From the IMG/VR virus record IMGVR_UViG_3300042346_001601: 64,000 bases of DNA; one strand, 5' to 3'. Position numbers and translations under genes: made by a program. The notes beneath the pieces were generated by a model, which saw nothing but the letters and a program-made list of their open reading frames with translations, was not told where the DNA came from and ran no database searches. Within the stretch, counting starts at the first letter, position 1. Every line of letters starts with the position of its first letter. The stretch is from a virus. Taxonomy: Duplodnaviria; Heunggongvirae; Uroviricota; Caudoviricetes. Shown here in pieces: positions 28,113 through 36,470 of this stretch.

Positions 28113-28505
28113 TTATATATCCAACCGAACCTCCTCTAAAAACTTGGCCAATTTTTTATCGGTCACCTCTAGATCTCTCATTTTTTGGATGAAAATTTTC
28201 CAGGAGTCGTGGGCATATCTGCCCACACCTGGCAGTTCTGAAACTTGATGAAACCCCTCTAGCCATTTGTGGCTCATCTGAATAATTCTTTGGGCTTTGA
28301 CCCGAGAAAAGCCGGTGCTTTTGATCAACTGAATCAGCTGATCAACATCACAATTTACGGCAGTGTCAGGATCGGGCACGAAAGAAAAAACGTCAGGGAG
28401 CACTTTTCGGACTTGCTGGTTTGAGGTCTGGTTAAGAAGAATGCAGCAGACCAGCATTCTCCAGGGTTCTTCTACATAATCTTCTTGAATAAGTCTTTCT
28501 CTCAT
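28113..28505 (-). CDS. MBD4-like HhH-GPD DNA glycosylase
   Basis: PWRMLVCCILLNQTS, HhH LPGVGRYAHDSWKIF, DKKL..F. Confidence 0.78.
   Translation of the reverse strand: MRERLIQEDYVEEPWRMLVCCILLNQTSNQQVRKVLPDVFSFVPDPDTAVNCDVDQLIQLIKSTGFSRVKAQRIIQMSHKWLEGFHQVSELPGVGRYAHDSWKIFIQKMRDLEVTDKKLAKFLEEVRLDI
28114..28121 (-). promoter_or_regulatory. GATATATA box
   Basis: 4 nt before GTG 28109. Confidence 0.65.
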
Positions 28506-28518
28506 AGAGCAAACATAC

Positions 28519-28544
28519 AAAAAACCCGGCTTAGTTCAGCCGGG
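28519..28544 (-). terminator. intrinsic terminator downstream of hsp20
   Basis: CCCGGCT/AGCCGGG stem (28525-28544) followed by a U-tract on the minus strand. Confidence 0.75.
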
Positions 28545-28570
28545 CTTGCCTAAAAAGGAACTTCTGAAGG

Positions 28571-28927
28571 CTATAAAATTTCAATTTTTTTAGTCAGAGA
28601 CTCTTTTCTTTTGGGGATTCTAAGGTGGAGAATTCCGTCCTGAAGTTTTGCCTCCGTCTTTTGACCTTGAACAGAGTTTGGAAGTTTGAACTTTTTAGAA
28701 ATTTCAGATGACCAGGGATTGGTGTCAGATTTTGCCTGCAGGGTCAGAATATTGTCGCTGACCTCTGCCAGGATTTCGCTCTGTTTATAACCTGGCATTT
28801 TGAATTGGGCTTCGAAGGCATCCTCTTGTTCTGAAACTTTATAGTCCAGATTTTCGACGATCTTAAGATCGTTGCCGAGGATTCTCTCCATCATTTCCAA
28901 GGGGTGGTAATAGTACATAGTTTTCAT
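28571..28927 (-). CDS. small heat-shock protein (Hsp20/alpha-crystallin)
   Basis: MPGYKQSEI...NILTL...F.LP..V...A.LQDGILHLRIPK. Confidence 0.88.
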   Translation of the reverse strand: MKTMYYYHPLEMMERILGNDLKIVENLDYKVSEQEDAFEAQFKMPGYKQSEILAEVSDNILTLQAKSDTNPWSSEISKKFKLPNSVQGQKTEAKLQDGILHLRIPKRKESLTKKIEIL

Positions 28928-29034
28928 AGTGATTTTTTTTAATCACTGCTAATCAATCTTTGTACCAAAAAGAAATTTACGAGGATAATCGAAATTTTGT
29001 CACCCTTTCCCAGGTTTTTTAAGACAATTTGTCG

Positions 29035-29511
29035 TTATTTGCCTTGAAATTTTTTCATGATCTGGATAAAGTCACTGAAGGATTGAATCGGGTTGGACGT
29101 TCTTCCAGTTTTTTTCTTTTTCGTGGATTGGGCGGCTGGAGTTCCAACTTTCAGACTGGGAAATTTATCGCCTGAGCCCTGTTTGGCAGGATCGTAAAAA
29201 TTTTGGTTCGTACCAGGTCCTTCAGGAGGGGTGACCGCTCCCATGCCAGGAGTAGCGTTCAAGGTGGCAAAGGCACCCTCACTTTCACTTAGATCGTAGT
29301 CGGGATAGCCAGAATCTTGAACAAACTTTTCGGCTTGCCATGTTTCTGCACAGTATTCATTTTCGTGCATCCAATCGGCCAGTCTCTCTAGAATGCTGTC
29401 TGAACCAGAACATTCTGATTCGAAAAAAGGCATCTCGTCAGAGAGATCTTCTAGACACACAACTGCGTAACCTTGAGTCGAATTGCCTGTTGGAAAATAG
29501 GTGTTTTTCAT
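29035..29511 (-). CDS. hypothetical protein
   Basis: contains ATLNATPGMGAVTPP...GSGD; C-terminal IQSFSDFI. Confidence 0.65.
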   Translation of the reverse strand: MKNTYFPTGNSTQGYAVVCLEDLSDEMPFFESECSGSDSILERLADWMHENEYCAETWQAEKFVQDSGYPDYDLSESEGAFATLNATPGMGAVTPPEGPGTNQNFYDPAKQGSGDKFPSLKVGTPAAQSTKKKKTGRTSNPIQSFSDFIQIMKKFQGK

Positions 29512-29515
29512 GGGT

Positions 29516-29755
29516 TTATGCTAATATTTCTGAGACGTCTTTGGCGAAAATCCTGACAGTTCGATTTGGATCTTCGATGGCAATATAGCCGATGACCATC
29601 CCATTGACATCTTTAATGGGAGATTGGATTGATAAAATTTTACCACTCGTGTGTCTGACCTTCTTGCCCACATAGGGGTCGTCGCTAGACTGAATCTCTT
29701 GTCTTTCGGTCAGAATTTGATTCAAATTTTGATTGTTGCCGCATCCACAGGACAT
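29516..29755 (-). CDS. hypothetical protein (N-terminal CGCG)
   Basis: ORF 22 nt downstream of a GATATATA box. Confidence 0.6.
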   Translation of the reverse strand: MSCGCGNNQNLNQILTERQEIQSSDDPYVGKKVRHTSGKILSIQSPIKDVNGMVIGYIAIEDPNRTVRIFAKDVSEILA

Positions 29756-29777
29756 AAAAAAGAGTTTAAATTTTTAG

Positions 29778-29785
29778 TATATATC
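29778..29785 (-). promoter_or_regulatory. GATATATA box
   Basis: 22 nt before ATG 29755. Confidence 0.65.
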
Positions 29786-29792
29786 TCAAAAA

Positions 29793-30206
29793 CTATCTAA
29801 AGTTTCCTCTCATTTCTTTCCTTTTTAAATAATAATACAGGTAATTAAGGGCTCTGAGATAGTCGGCCGGTTTAGTAAAAGGCCCCGGAAATTTTTTGAT
29901 TTCATTTCCAAATCCCTCGGGAATTGTGTCGTCAACTTTCGGATTGTATCTTCTAACAATGCCTGTGGGATGGATTGTATAGAAGATTTTCTCCTCACCT
30001 GGCTCTAAAGATTCCTGATCAGGACGAAAAAATTTAAGGGTGTTGTTGAGACCCTGTTGAAGAGAATGCTGCTCAACAAAGCCCAGATCCAGAATTTTTT
30101 GATAAATGTCAGATTTCCTGATGCCTCCAAGAGAAAGACTCCTACGGGTATCGGTTAGATATTCTTCCCGAGGATCGTAGTCTTCATATTCGAGCAGGAA
30201 TCTCAT
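29793..30206 (-). CDS. hypothetical protein
   Basis: ATG at 30206 (MRFLLEYEDY) abuts the upstream stop. Confidence 0.6.
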   Translation of the reverse strand: MRFLLEYEDYDPREEYLTDTRRSLSLGGIRKSDIYQKILDLGFVEQHSLQQGLNNTLKFFRPDQESLEPGEEKIFYTIHPTGIVRRYNPKVDDTIPEGFGNEIKKFPGPFTKPADYLRALNYLYYYLKRKEMRGNFR

Positions 30207-30207
30207 G

Positions 30208-30636
30208 CTATTTTTTCTTCTTCTTGCTCTTGATGTAATCTCTGTAGTCAACCAAATTAGACATTGTTTTTTTAGTTTTGGTTGCTTCTGGGTTCAGATG
30301 CGGAATGATAGGTTTAATGCCTCCCCCGGGGCTGATACCAGGAGAAAAGCTGGGAACCTTCTTGGATCCAATCAAAGGAGAAGTAGCACCCGCCACTGGA
30401 ATTCCTTTTTCTGAGATTTCATCCTCGTTTACTTCTTCTTCTTTTACATAATGAGGGAGTTTTTTAGATTTAGTGGAGGCAAATTTTTCCAACTCCTTGT
30501 TGGTCATTTCTCCGTCTGCTATTTCCTTAATGGCTTTTCTGTATCTAGGATCTATATCCTTCAACTTCAGTTGTCCTGTTCTTAAGGCCCAAGCCTGACC
30601 CATGAAAGATTGCTGTGCTCTTGAAACTGCTGGCAT
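30208..30636 (-). CDS. conserved phage hypothetical protein (MPAxSxAQQ.FMG family)
   Basis: MPAVSRAQQSFMG...KFASTKSKKLP. Confidence 0.65.
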   Translation of the reverse strand: MPAVSRAQQSFMGQAWALRTGQLKLKDIDPRYRKAIKEIADGEMTNKELEKFASTKSKKLPHYVKEEEVNEDEISEKGIPVAGATSPLIGSKKVPSFSPGISPGGGIKPIIPHLNPEATKTKKTMSNLVDYRDYIKSKKKKK

Positions 30637-30680
30637 TTGTTTTTTTGTTTTTTTGTTATTCGGGAGGTCCCGCGGTGATC

Positions 30681-30998
30681 TTATTTTCTAAATTTATTCG
30701 GAAAAAGCATCCTCCACTCGTGGCCTTTAGGCACCTGGGAAGTTTTGACTCCGAAGATTTTTTCTTCTGGACAAGGATCTTCTCCGTTGATGGTGAAGCC
30801 GTTGTTACAAGCCCAGGTTTCTAAACTGCGATTGATGTTTTGTCCGACTGACCAGGGAAATCTCATGCCTCTAGGATTGTCGATGCTTTCTATTCTTGAA
30901 CCTTGAAGAGTCAGAGTGATCTTTGCCCGATTCCGGGTGGATTCTAATTCTACTGTTCTCCCCCTGGACCAAGATTCATAAACAGTGATGTGTTTCAT
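30681..30998 (-). CDS. hypothetical protein
   Basis: N-terminal MKHITVYES; operon context. Confidence 0.6.
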   Translation of the reverse strand: MKHITVYESWSRGRTVELESTRNRAKITLTLQGSRIESIDNPRGMRFPWSVGQNINRSLETWACNNGFTINGEDPCPEEKIFGVKTSQVPKGHEWRMLFPNKFRK

Positions 30999-31007
30999 AG
31001 TCGTTTG

Positions 31008-31577
31008 CTAACCCTCTATTTTTTTTAGTTTGATGTAGTAGTTTGGATCCTCGTAGAGATGATCCATGGCAATTTCCCTGGCCTGCTGTGGTCTTTGGGT
31101 GTGTTCCATCTCGACAAAAACTCCGTCCACTAGCTGTTGAGTTAAATGATCTAGAATTTCTGATAAAGATGAAGAATTTTTACCGGAGTGTTTAAGAGCT
31201 ATATCTAAAATTGTCAGTTTATCCGATTTGCCTCCTTTCAAAAACTCTAAATTCGTCGCACCTTCTTTAAGATACAGTCCCTTCATTTTTTTCTTGATCT
31301 GAGCAGCTGTCATCGGTTTGCTGTTCAAATTCCAGTTGGCGGCAGGATTAATGATTTTAGAGGATTTCTTTTTCCACTCTGGAAATGTCCACAACCACTT
31401 ATTGTAGGCTTTTCCCACTATCTCAAACCCTTTATCCCCCGGCTGAATAGCAATTGGAGACTGGGGAGGAATATAAGAACCCGTTTCAGCCTCGTGGGTC
31501 ATCTCCGGATCTCGATTTAATTTTTGATCGGATTCGTTGAGATATTTTCGAGACTGAAATGGGTTTTGACGTGTCAT
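31008..31577 (-). CDS. hypothetical protein with DUF5661-like C-terminus
   Basis: GVFVEMEHT...AREIAMDHLYEDPNYYIKL. Confidence 0.65.
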   Translation of the reverse strand: MTRQNPFQSRKYLNESDQKLNRDPEMTHEAETGSYIPPQSPIAIQPGDKGFEIVGKAYNKWLWTFPEWKKKSSKIINPAANWNLNSKPMTAAQIKKKMKGLYLKEGATNLEFLKGGKSDKLTILDIALKHSGKNSSSLSEILDHLTQQLVDGVFVEMEHTQRPQQAREIAMDHLYEDPNYYIKLKKIEG

Positions 31578-31594
31578 GATCTATTGATTCTTTT

Positions 31595-31801
31595 TTAGCC
31601 TATCACGGCTTCTATTTTTGATTTGGTGATCTGAGTGGTTTCAAAAAAACCGGATATTCCAGAGAGGTGTGAAGCAACTTTGTGCTCCACCTCGAGCACA
31701 GACTCTGCCTCTACTAAGAATTCGGATTTAATCATAACAGGATCTCCATTTTTTTTGTTATCACCTGACTCAAATTGTACTTTTGCAATGTAGTAAGACA
31801 T
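31595..31801 (-). CDS. DUF4494-like small protein
   Basis: YYIAKVQF...NG...FLVEAESVLEVE...ITKSKI; family recalled as typical of Bacteroidota and their phages. Confidence 0.55.
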   Translation of the reverse strand: MSYYIAKVQFESGDNKKNGDPVMIKSEFLVEAESVLEVEHKVASHLSGISGFFETTQITKSKIEAVIG

Positions 31802-31847
31802 AAGATTTTTTTTCAATTTTTAGCAGATCGAATGGGCTTTGTTTCTG

Positions 31848-33191
31848 TTATATTCCAAGTTTCTCTCTAGTTTTAGGTCCCACTATTCCATCATCCACCA
31901 AACCTTTTTTCCTTTGAAATTCCTTAACAGCCTGTTCAGTTTTAGGACCAAAATTAGTTCTTTGGGTTCCTAAATTTGTCATGCCCAATGCATCCTGGAG
32001 TTTACCGACCTCCTCAGACTTCATTCCTCTTTTTAAGACTTCTTTTCCTCCGCTGCCTGCTGACTGGACGGATCCAGATCCTCCCGAGTCCTTTCCTTCT
32101 GAGTCTTCTTTTTTAACTTCACTAAATCCCAAGGCACCCAATAGAACTTGTTTTTGATCGGAGCTTAAACTGGAAGCCCATTTTTTCAAATCTTCCTTTG
32201 TTTTGATTGACGAAGGAAATTTTATATCTTTTACTTCTTCTTCTTCTTTATATTTTTGATCTTTTTCTCCTTTATTATCTTCTTCTGAAGTTAAAAGTTT
32301 TCTGAATTCTTCTATTTGTTTAACGATTGTTTCGGCCCAAACTTCTTTTGATGATTTGCCAAGGTCAACATTTTCCAATTCTTGCTGACCCCCTTTAGAT
32401 TTTTGAGAGGACTTGAAATTGATTTTTGCTCCTTTTGCATTTAGATCCGTGACCAATTTTCCCATCATTTCTTGGGAAACTTCCACTGCCTTGTCTTTGA
32501 AAGTCGTAGAAAAAGCCAAGCCAAAAAGTTCCAATAAGTTCGATAATTGTTCGGACACAACTTCATTGTATCCTGAGAATTCCTCATCCGATAAAGCCTT
32601 ACCCACCATTTCTATCAATTGGTCATAGGTAGTTTCTTCTCTTAAGGAGGTCATACTTTTAACAATCCCCCTTTCTACTGCATTCATTTCTTTCCAGATT
32701 TGGGGCCAAACCTGGAGCCAAAATTCTTTAGGCTCGATTTTAGTTTCTTCAATAATAGGCTTACCATCAAATTTGACAGACGGAATAAAGTACTTAGACA
32801 CTATAGGAAAAATCTTATTGAGTGACCTTTCGATTAGAGCCTTAATAGCCACTTTATATTTGGAATCGATGTTGTCTAGGGTTTCAGTTTTGACTTCTTC
32901 GATCCAGGTATTCATAACATTGTTTGCTATCCCGTATGGTTCAACACTTTGACCGTTAATGTCGATTTTTTGCTCCATAGGTAATTCTTTGCCCTTAATT
33001 TGATAAAAGGGCGTACTCAAACGTTTTTGGCTTTCTTCTTGATCACCCAGGACTGGAGAATCCCCTCCTCTTTTTTTTCCGATTTTATCGAGTTTTTTTT
33101 CTAATCTTTCTTCCCTTCTTTGCAGTCTCCTCTCCTTTCGACTCATTTCTTCTTCTAAAATATAATCAGAGAATTTAATAATAGAGTTCAT
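31848..33191 (-). CDS. protein with C-terminal peptidoglycan-binding domain (PG_binding_1)
   Basis: VLKRGMKSEEVGKLQDALG...FGPKTEQAVKEFQRKKGLVDDGIVGPKT. Confidence 0.8.
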   Translation of the reverse strand: MNSIIKFSDYILEEEMSRKERRLQRREERLEKKLDKIGKKRGGDSPVLGDQEESQKRLSTPFYQIKGKELPMEQKIDINGQSVEPYGIANNVMNTWIEEVKTETLDNIDSKYKVAIKALIERSLNKIFPIVSKYFIPSVKFDGKPIIEETKIEPKEFWLQVWPQIWKEMNAVERGIVKSMTSLREETTYDQLIEMVGKALSDEEFSGYNEVVSEQLSNLLELFGLAFSTTFKDKAVEVSQEMMGKLVTDLNAKGAKINFKSSQKSKGGQQELENVDLGKSSKEVWAETIVKQIEEFRKLLTSEEDNKGEKDQKYKEEEEVKDIKFPSSIKTKEDLKKWASSLSSDQKQVLLGALGFSEVKKEDSEGKDSGGSGSVQSAGSGGKEVLKRGMKSEEVGKLQDALGMTNLGTQRTNFGPKTEQAVKEFQRKKGLVDDGIVGPKTREKLGI

Positions 33192-33206
33192 AGAATTTTT
33201 TTTTTG

Positions 33207-33214
33207 TATATATC
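33207..33214 (-). promoter_or_regulatory. GATATATA box
   Basis: 15 nt before ATG 33191, just downstream of a terminator. Confidence 0.7.
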
Positions 33215-33229
33215 CAAATGATGTACCAC

Positions 33230-33254
33230 AAAAAAGCAGTCCGAAGACTGCTTT
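33230..33254 (-). terminator. intrinsic terminator with C(UUCG)G tetraloop
   Basis: minus strand AAAGCAGTC-TTCG-GACTGCTTTTTT. Confidence 0.85.
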
Positions 33255-33274
33255 CTAAAATAAAGAAGAAAATT

Positions 33275-33454
33275 CTAAGCTGCCTTGGATTTTTGATCTT
33301 GTATATCAATTCTGATCTGCTGGGCAAGTTTTTTCAGTTCTTGCATTGCAACTCTTACCCGAGTACCAGCGGCTTTATTTCCTTTTTCAGTGAATTTCTG
33401 GAATTCAGGTTCAATTTGAGAGATGAGATTTTTAATTTCTTGAAAAGCTTCCAT
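33275..33454 (-). CDS. histone H1-like protein Hc1 family (59 aa, absent from ORF track)
   Basis: hand translation MEAFQEIKNLISQIEPEFQKFTEKGNKAAGTRVRVAMQELKKLAQQIRIDIQDQKSKAA; KGNKAAGTR.R signature; followed by terminator. Confidence 0.8.
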   Translation of the reverse strand: MEAFQEIKNLISQIEPEFQKFTEKGNKAAGTRVRVAMQELKKLAQQIRIDIQDQKSKAA

Positions 33455-33507
33455 AATAGATAATTTTTATTTATTATAGAATAGTATAAGAAAAAGTTTC
33501 ATCAAAA

Positions 33508-34041
33508 CTAGCGATTCAAGACGTAAACTCCTTTTCTAGATCCGGGTTGCAAATGCCATTCATCACCTAGGATCGAAATTAACATAGATCTAGCGTACTC
33601 CTCGTAGTTATTCAGAACTAGATTTTGATTCATCTCATCCACTATTCTGATTGTTTTTGGGTTTTTCTCCAAGTAATTCAAAAGACATTTGCCAATCTGC
33701 TTGTAGAGCCTCGCCAATTCTCCTCCCTTAAGTTTAAATTTATTGGAGTTAGCTTCGGGTAAATTCTTGGTGTTCTCAATTGCAATGTCTTCGATCACCT
33801 CGGGCTCGATCTGGTTGAGATTAATGACGGCATAAGAATTTTTTGGACCCTCCATATTTTCAAATCTGGAGTATTTGCCAATCAAAAAAACATAACCTTG
33901 CTGGTCTCCTTTTTCTTTGTCTATCTGGAAAAAATAGTAACATAGATCCCCGTCTTTCTTAAAGAGAAAGGGCAAGGTTCCAAACCCATCGGCTTCATTT
34001 AGCTGGGTAATGAATTGAGAATAAGGAAGAATAACTTTCAC
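33508..34041 (-). CDS. hypothetical protein
   Basis: GTG start 17 nt after GATATATA; N-terminal LPYSQFITQLNEA. Confidence 0.65.
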   Translation of the reverse strand: MKVILPYSQFITQLNEADGFGTLPFLFKKDGDLCYYFFQIDKEKGDQQGYVFLIGKYSRFENMEGPKNSYAVINLNQIEPEVIEDIAIENTKNLPEANSNKFKLKGGELARLYKQIGKCLLNYLEKNPKTIRIVDEMNQNLVLNNYEEYARSMLISILGDEWHLQPGSRKGVYVLNR

Positions 34042-34058
34042 TGTGGATTGTTTTATGT

Positions 34059-34066
34059 TATATATC
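34059..34066 (-). promoter_or_regulatory. GATATATA box
   Basis: 17 nt before GTG 34041. Confidence 0.65.
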
Positions 34067-34080
34067 TCTAGAATTTTGTT

Positions 34081-36030
34081 TTATTCTTTCAAAGCGGACT
34101 TCAAAATCTCGTAATTGTTTAAAACAGCTTTAGGTAACATTTTTTTGGCAGCTGTAAAATTGCCTTCCTTCAATTTTGTCCTCACCTCTGTGGCAGACAT
34201 GGATCTTTTACTGACGTGAAGAGCGAAATCAGAAGGTAATTTATCGTGCAGCTCTGTTTTTTTAATGTACTCAAACTGTTTACCGTAATCATCCGCCCTG
34301 TCTTCTCCAGATCCCACCAGATGAGGGATGTAGCCCTCTTCGACCAATCTATTAACAACTGAACCCAATAGACCCAATTTGACAATCTTGTAACCGGCAA
34401 AGTCTTCTGGATAAGCTTCCATCAAGGAATCCATGTACTGCTTGATAATCTCTTCATTAAATGGGGAATTTTTATTTCTGTTGTGACCTGGATAAACGAC
34501 CACAACAAAAACAGGAAAATCGTTTTTTTTCTTCATCTCTTGGGCCATCTTCAAATGTCCCAGATGGAAAGGTTGGAATCGTCCGAGCATCACATTGATG
34601 TTTTTCTCCTCCTTTTTCCCCGTAGATTTTTCTTCTGCTTCTTCAACCGTGTTTTCTTCCCGTTGCTCTAGGTATTCTTCGTGTTTTTGATCGATGGTCT
34701 CTAACTTGGAAATGAATTCGTCGAAGGAAAAGAGAGGATTTTCTTCCTCTTCATTGTCATCAAGTTCTTCTCTGAGATAATCTACGGAAGGAGAATTTAT
34801 TTTCTTGAATTCGAGGAAGCTCGTAAAATCTTGTTTTTCTTGCTCGTTGATTTTTTTCTTGGCCACATAATTTTTGATTTTCTGAACTAGTAGATTGAAT
34901 TGTTCTAAAGTACCGGCTTTTACCAGTCCCGAAGCTCGAGTCTTGATTTTTCTGAATGAATTGAGCATCAACTTGAACAAGGACTCAAAGGCCGGGTCTT
35001 CTTCGACCCATTTTAGAACTCTCCTGTCCGAAATGAGTTGTTTGTTCAATCTGAATTCTTCTTTCTTCAGATAATCAGGTTCATCAAAATCAGTGCCTTT
35101 ATACTTCTCCGAGTACTGACTCAGAAACTTGGCAAACACGTCCGACATATAGGAGATGTATCTTTCCTCCTCAGAATCCCCTTCTGTTTCGAAAGATTTT
35201 ACCCCCTTTTGGAGAATGTAGTTCATAACGTCCAAAAGGGTCAGACCCAGAAAATCACTGGGTTTTCTTTCCATCTGTTGTTGGGTCTTTTCCTTGGCCA
35301 ACTCCGTGAAGATGGGATCAACCATCTTGGCTAAAACTGTTTCGCTTTCTCTATCCGGATGACCAAACCTAAACACGATTCCCTCCACATCTTTATCCAG
35401 GTTATCGTTCAGAGCAGTTTTCTCTAAAGCTGGGTTAAGGACCGAGATGATAAACCTCACGAAACTTTGAGTGGAAAATTTTCGGGTTAGCTCTTTGAAG
35501 GGGGTAGACAAAAATTCCATCAAGGCAACTTTTTGATCGGGCTGAAGCAGGCCCTGAAAAATAATAGGACTTCTTTCCACTCCCAAAAGATCAGCCCATT
35601 CGTCCAGCTTTTCTTTCTTTTGAAGGGTTCTGGCGACTTTGCCTCCCGGCGCCATTTGATGAATGTAAGAAAGAATCAGATTATTTTTGGGCACCCGATC
35701 ATAGACTATTTCAACTGGCTGGGTGTTGGCGAAATACTCTAGGCCAAATCTCCAGCCTCTGGGGATTCTCTCTATAATGTGAGGGGGAAGACTCGTGATA
35801 TAAGAAATAGGTTTCTCATAGTATTTCATCAAAGTACGGTCAACTAGGGTAATTGGATTCCTTTGATCCCGCCGATAAAATTTGAAATTCCCAGTCTCTT
35901 GATCCCTCTCGAAACTAAAGGCAGAACCATCCATCTTTTCATTGATGGTAACAAATTCCCTGAAAAGAGAATTGATAAAATTTTCTCCTTTTTTGTGGTA
36001 AAGATCGTATAGATGATTAATGCCAGACAT
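34081..36030 (-). CDS. RNA-ligase-like (KxDG) domain fused to an HxGH cytidylyltransferase/NMNAT-like domain
   Basis: N-terminal INEKMDG, GLEYF, EGIVFR; C-terminal GRFQPFHLGH, GSGEDR, SATEVR. Confidence 0.7.
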   Translation of the reverse strand: MSGINHLYDLYHKKGENFINSLFREFVTINEKMDGSAFSFERDQETGNFKFYRRDQRNPITLVDRTLMKYYEKPISYITSLPPHIIERIPRGWRFGLEYFANTQPVEIVYDRVPKNNLILSYIHQMAPGGKVARTLQKKEKLDEWADLLGVERSPIIFQGLLQPDQKVALMEFLSTPFKELTRKFSTQSFVRFIISVLNPALEKTALNDNLDKDVEGIVFRFGHPDRESETVLAKMVDPIFTELAKEKTQQQMERKPSDFLGLTLLDVMNYILQKGVKSFETEGDSEEERYISYMSDVFAKFLSQYSEKYKGTDFDEPDYLKKEEFRLNKQLISDRRVLKWVEEDPAFESLFKLMLNSFRKIKTRASGLVKAGTLEQFNLLVQKIKNYVAKKKINEQEKQDFTSFLEFKKINSPSVDYLREELDDNEEEENPLFSFDEFISKLETIDQKHEEYLEQREENTVEEAEEKSTGKKEEKNINVMLGRFQPFHLGHLKMAQEMKKKNDFPVFVVVVYPGHNRNKNSPFNEEIIKQYMDSLMEAYPEDFAGYKIVKLGLLGSVVNRLVEEGYIPHLVGSGEDRADDYGKQFEYIKKTELHDKLPSDFALHVSKRSMSATEVRTKLKEGNFTAAKKMLPKAVLNNYEILKSALKE

Positions 36031-36038
36031 GGTATGAA

Positions 36039-36470
36039 TTATTTATGGGGAGGAAAACTTGTTGGAAAATTTGGAAAAAAAGATAAAGGACCGTATTCTT
36101 GAAGTTCAAAATCAACATATCCTCTGGACTCCAAAAAAAGAAGACTATTGAGAATTTTGCCAATAATTAATTTAGATTTATCATGTAATGGTGAGTTCCA
36201 GGTCATTAAGAGCAAGGGAACATAAACGGATAAAGGAGGAGGAGAAAAACCAAAATTGATCAAATCGTAGACTGATTTTTCCATCGTGTAGATAATTTCA
36301 TCTCCAATCTGAACTTCGTAATCTCCGGTTGAATTGGCCATGACAGAACCATTTAAACCCAGCACTGTCCTAAACAAAATGACTTCGGGGTGTTTAAAGA
36401 TGGATTCTATTCCATCTCCTTCCAGCAAGAAATCCAAAGTGGTGTAGAAAAGATTAGGGAAAACGTTCAT
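36039..36470 (-). CDS. hypothetical protein
   Basis: 143-aa ORF filling the operon gap. Confidence 0.55.
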   Translation of the reverse strand: MNVFPNLFYTTLDFLLEGDGIESIFKHPEVILFRTVLGLNGSVMANSTGDYEVQIGDEIIYTMEKSVYDLINFGFSPPPLSVYVPLLLMTWNSPLHDKSKLIIGKILNSLLFLESRGYVDFELQEYGPLSFFPNFPTSFPPHK

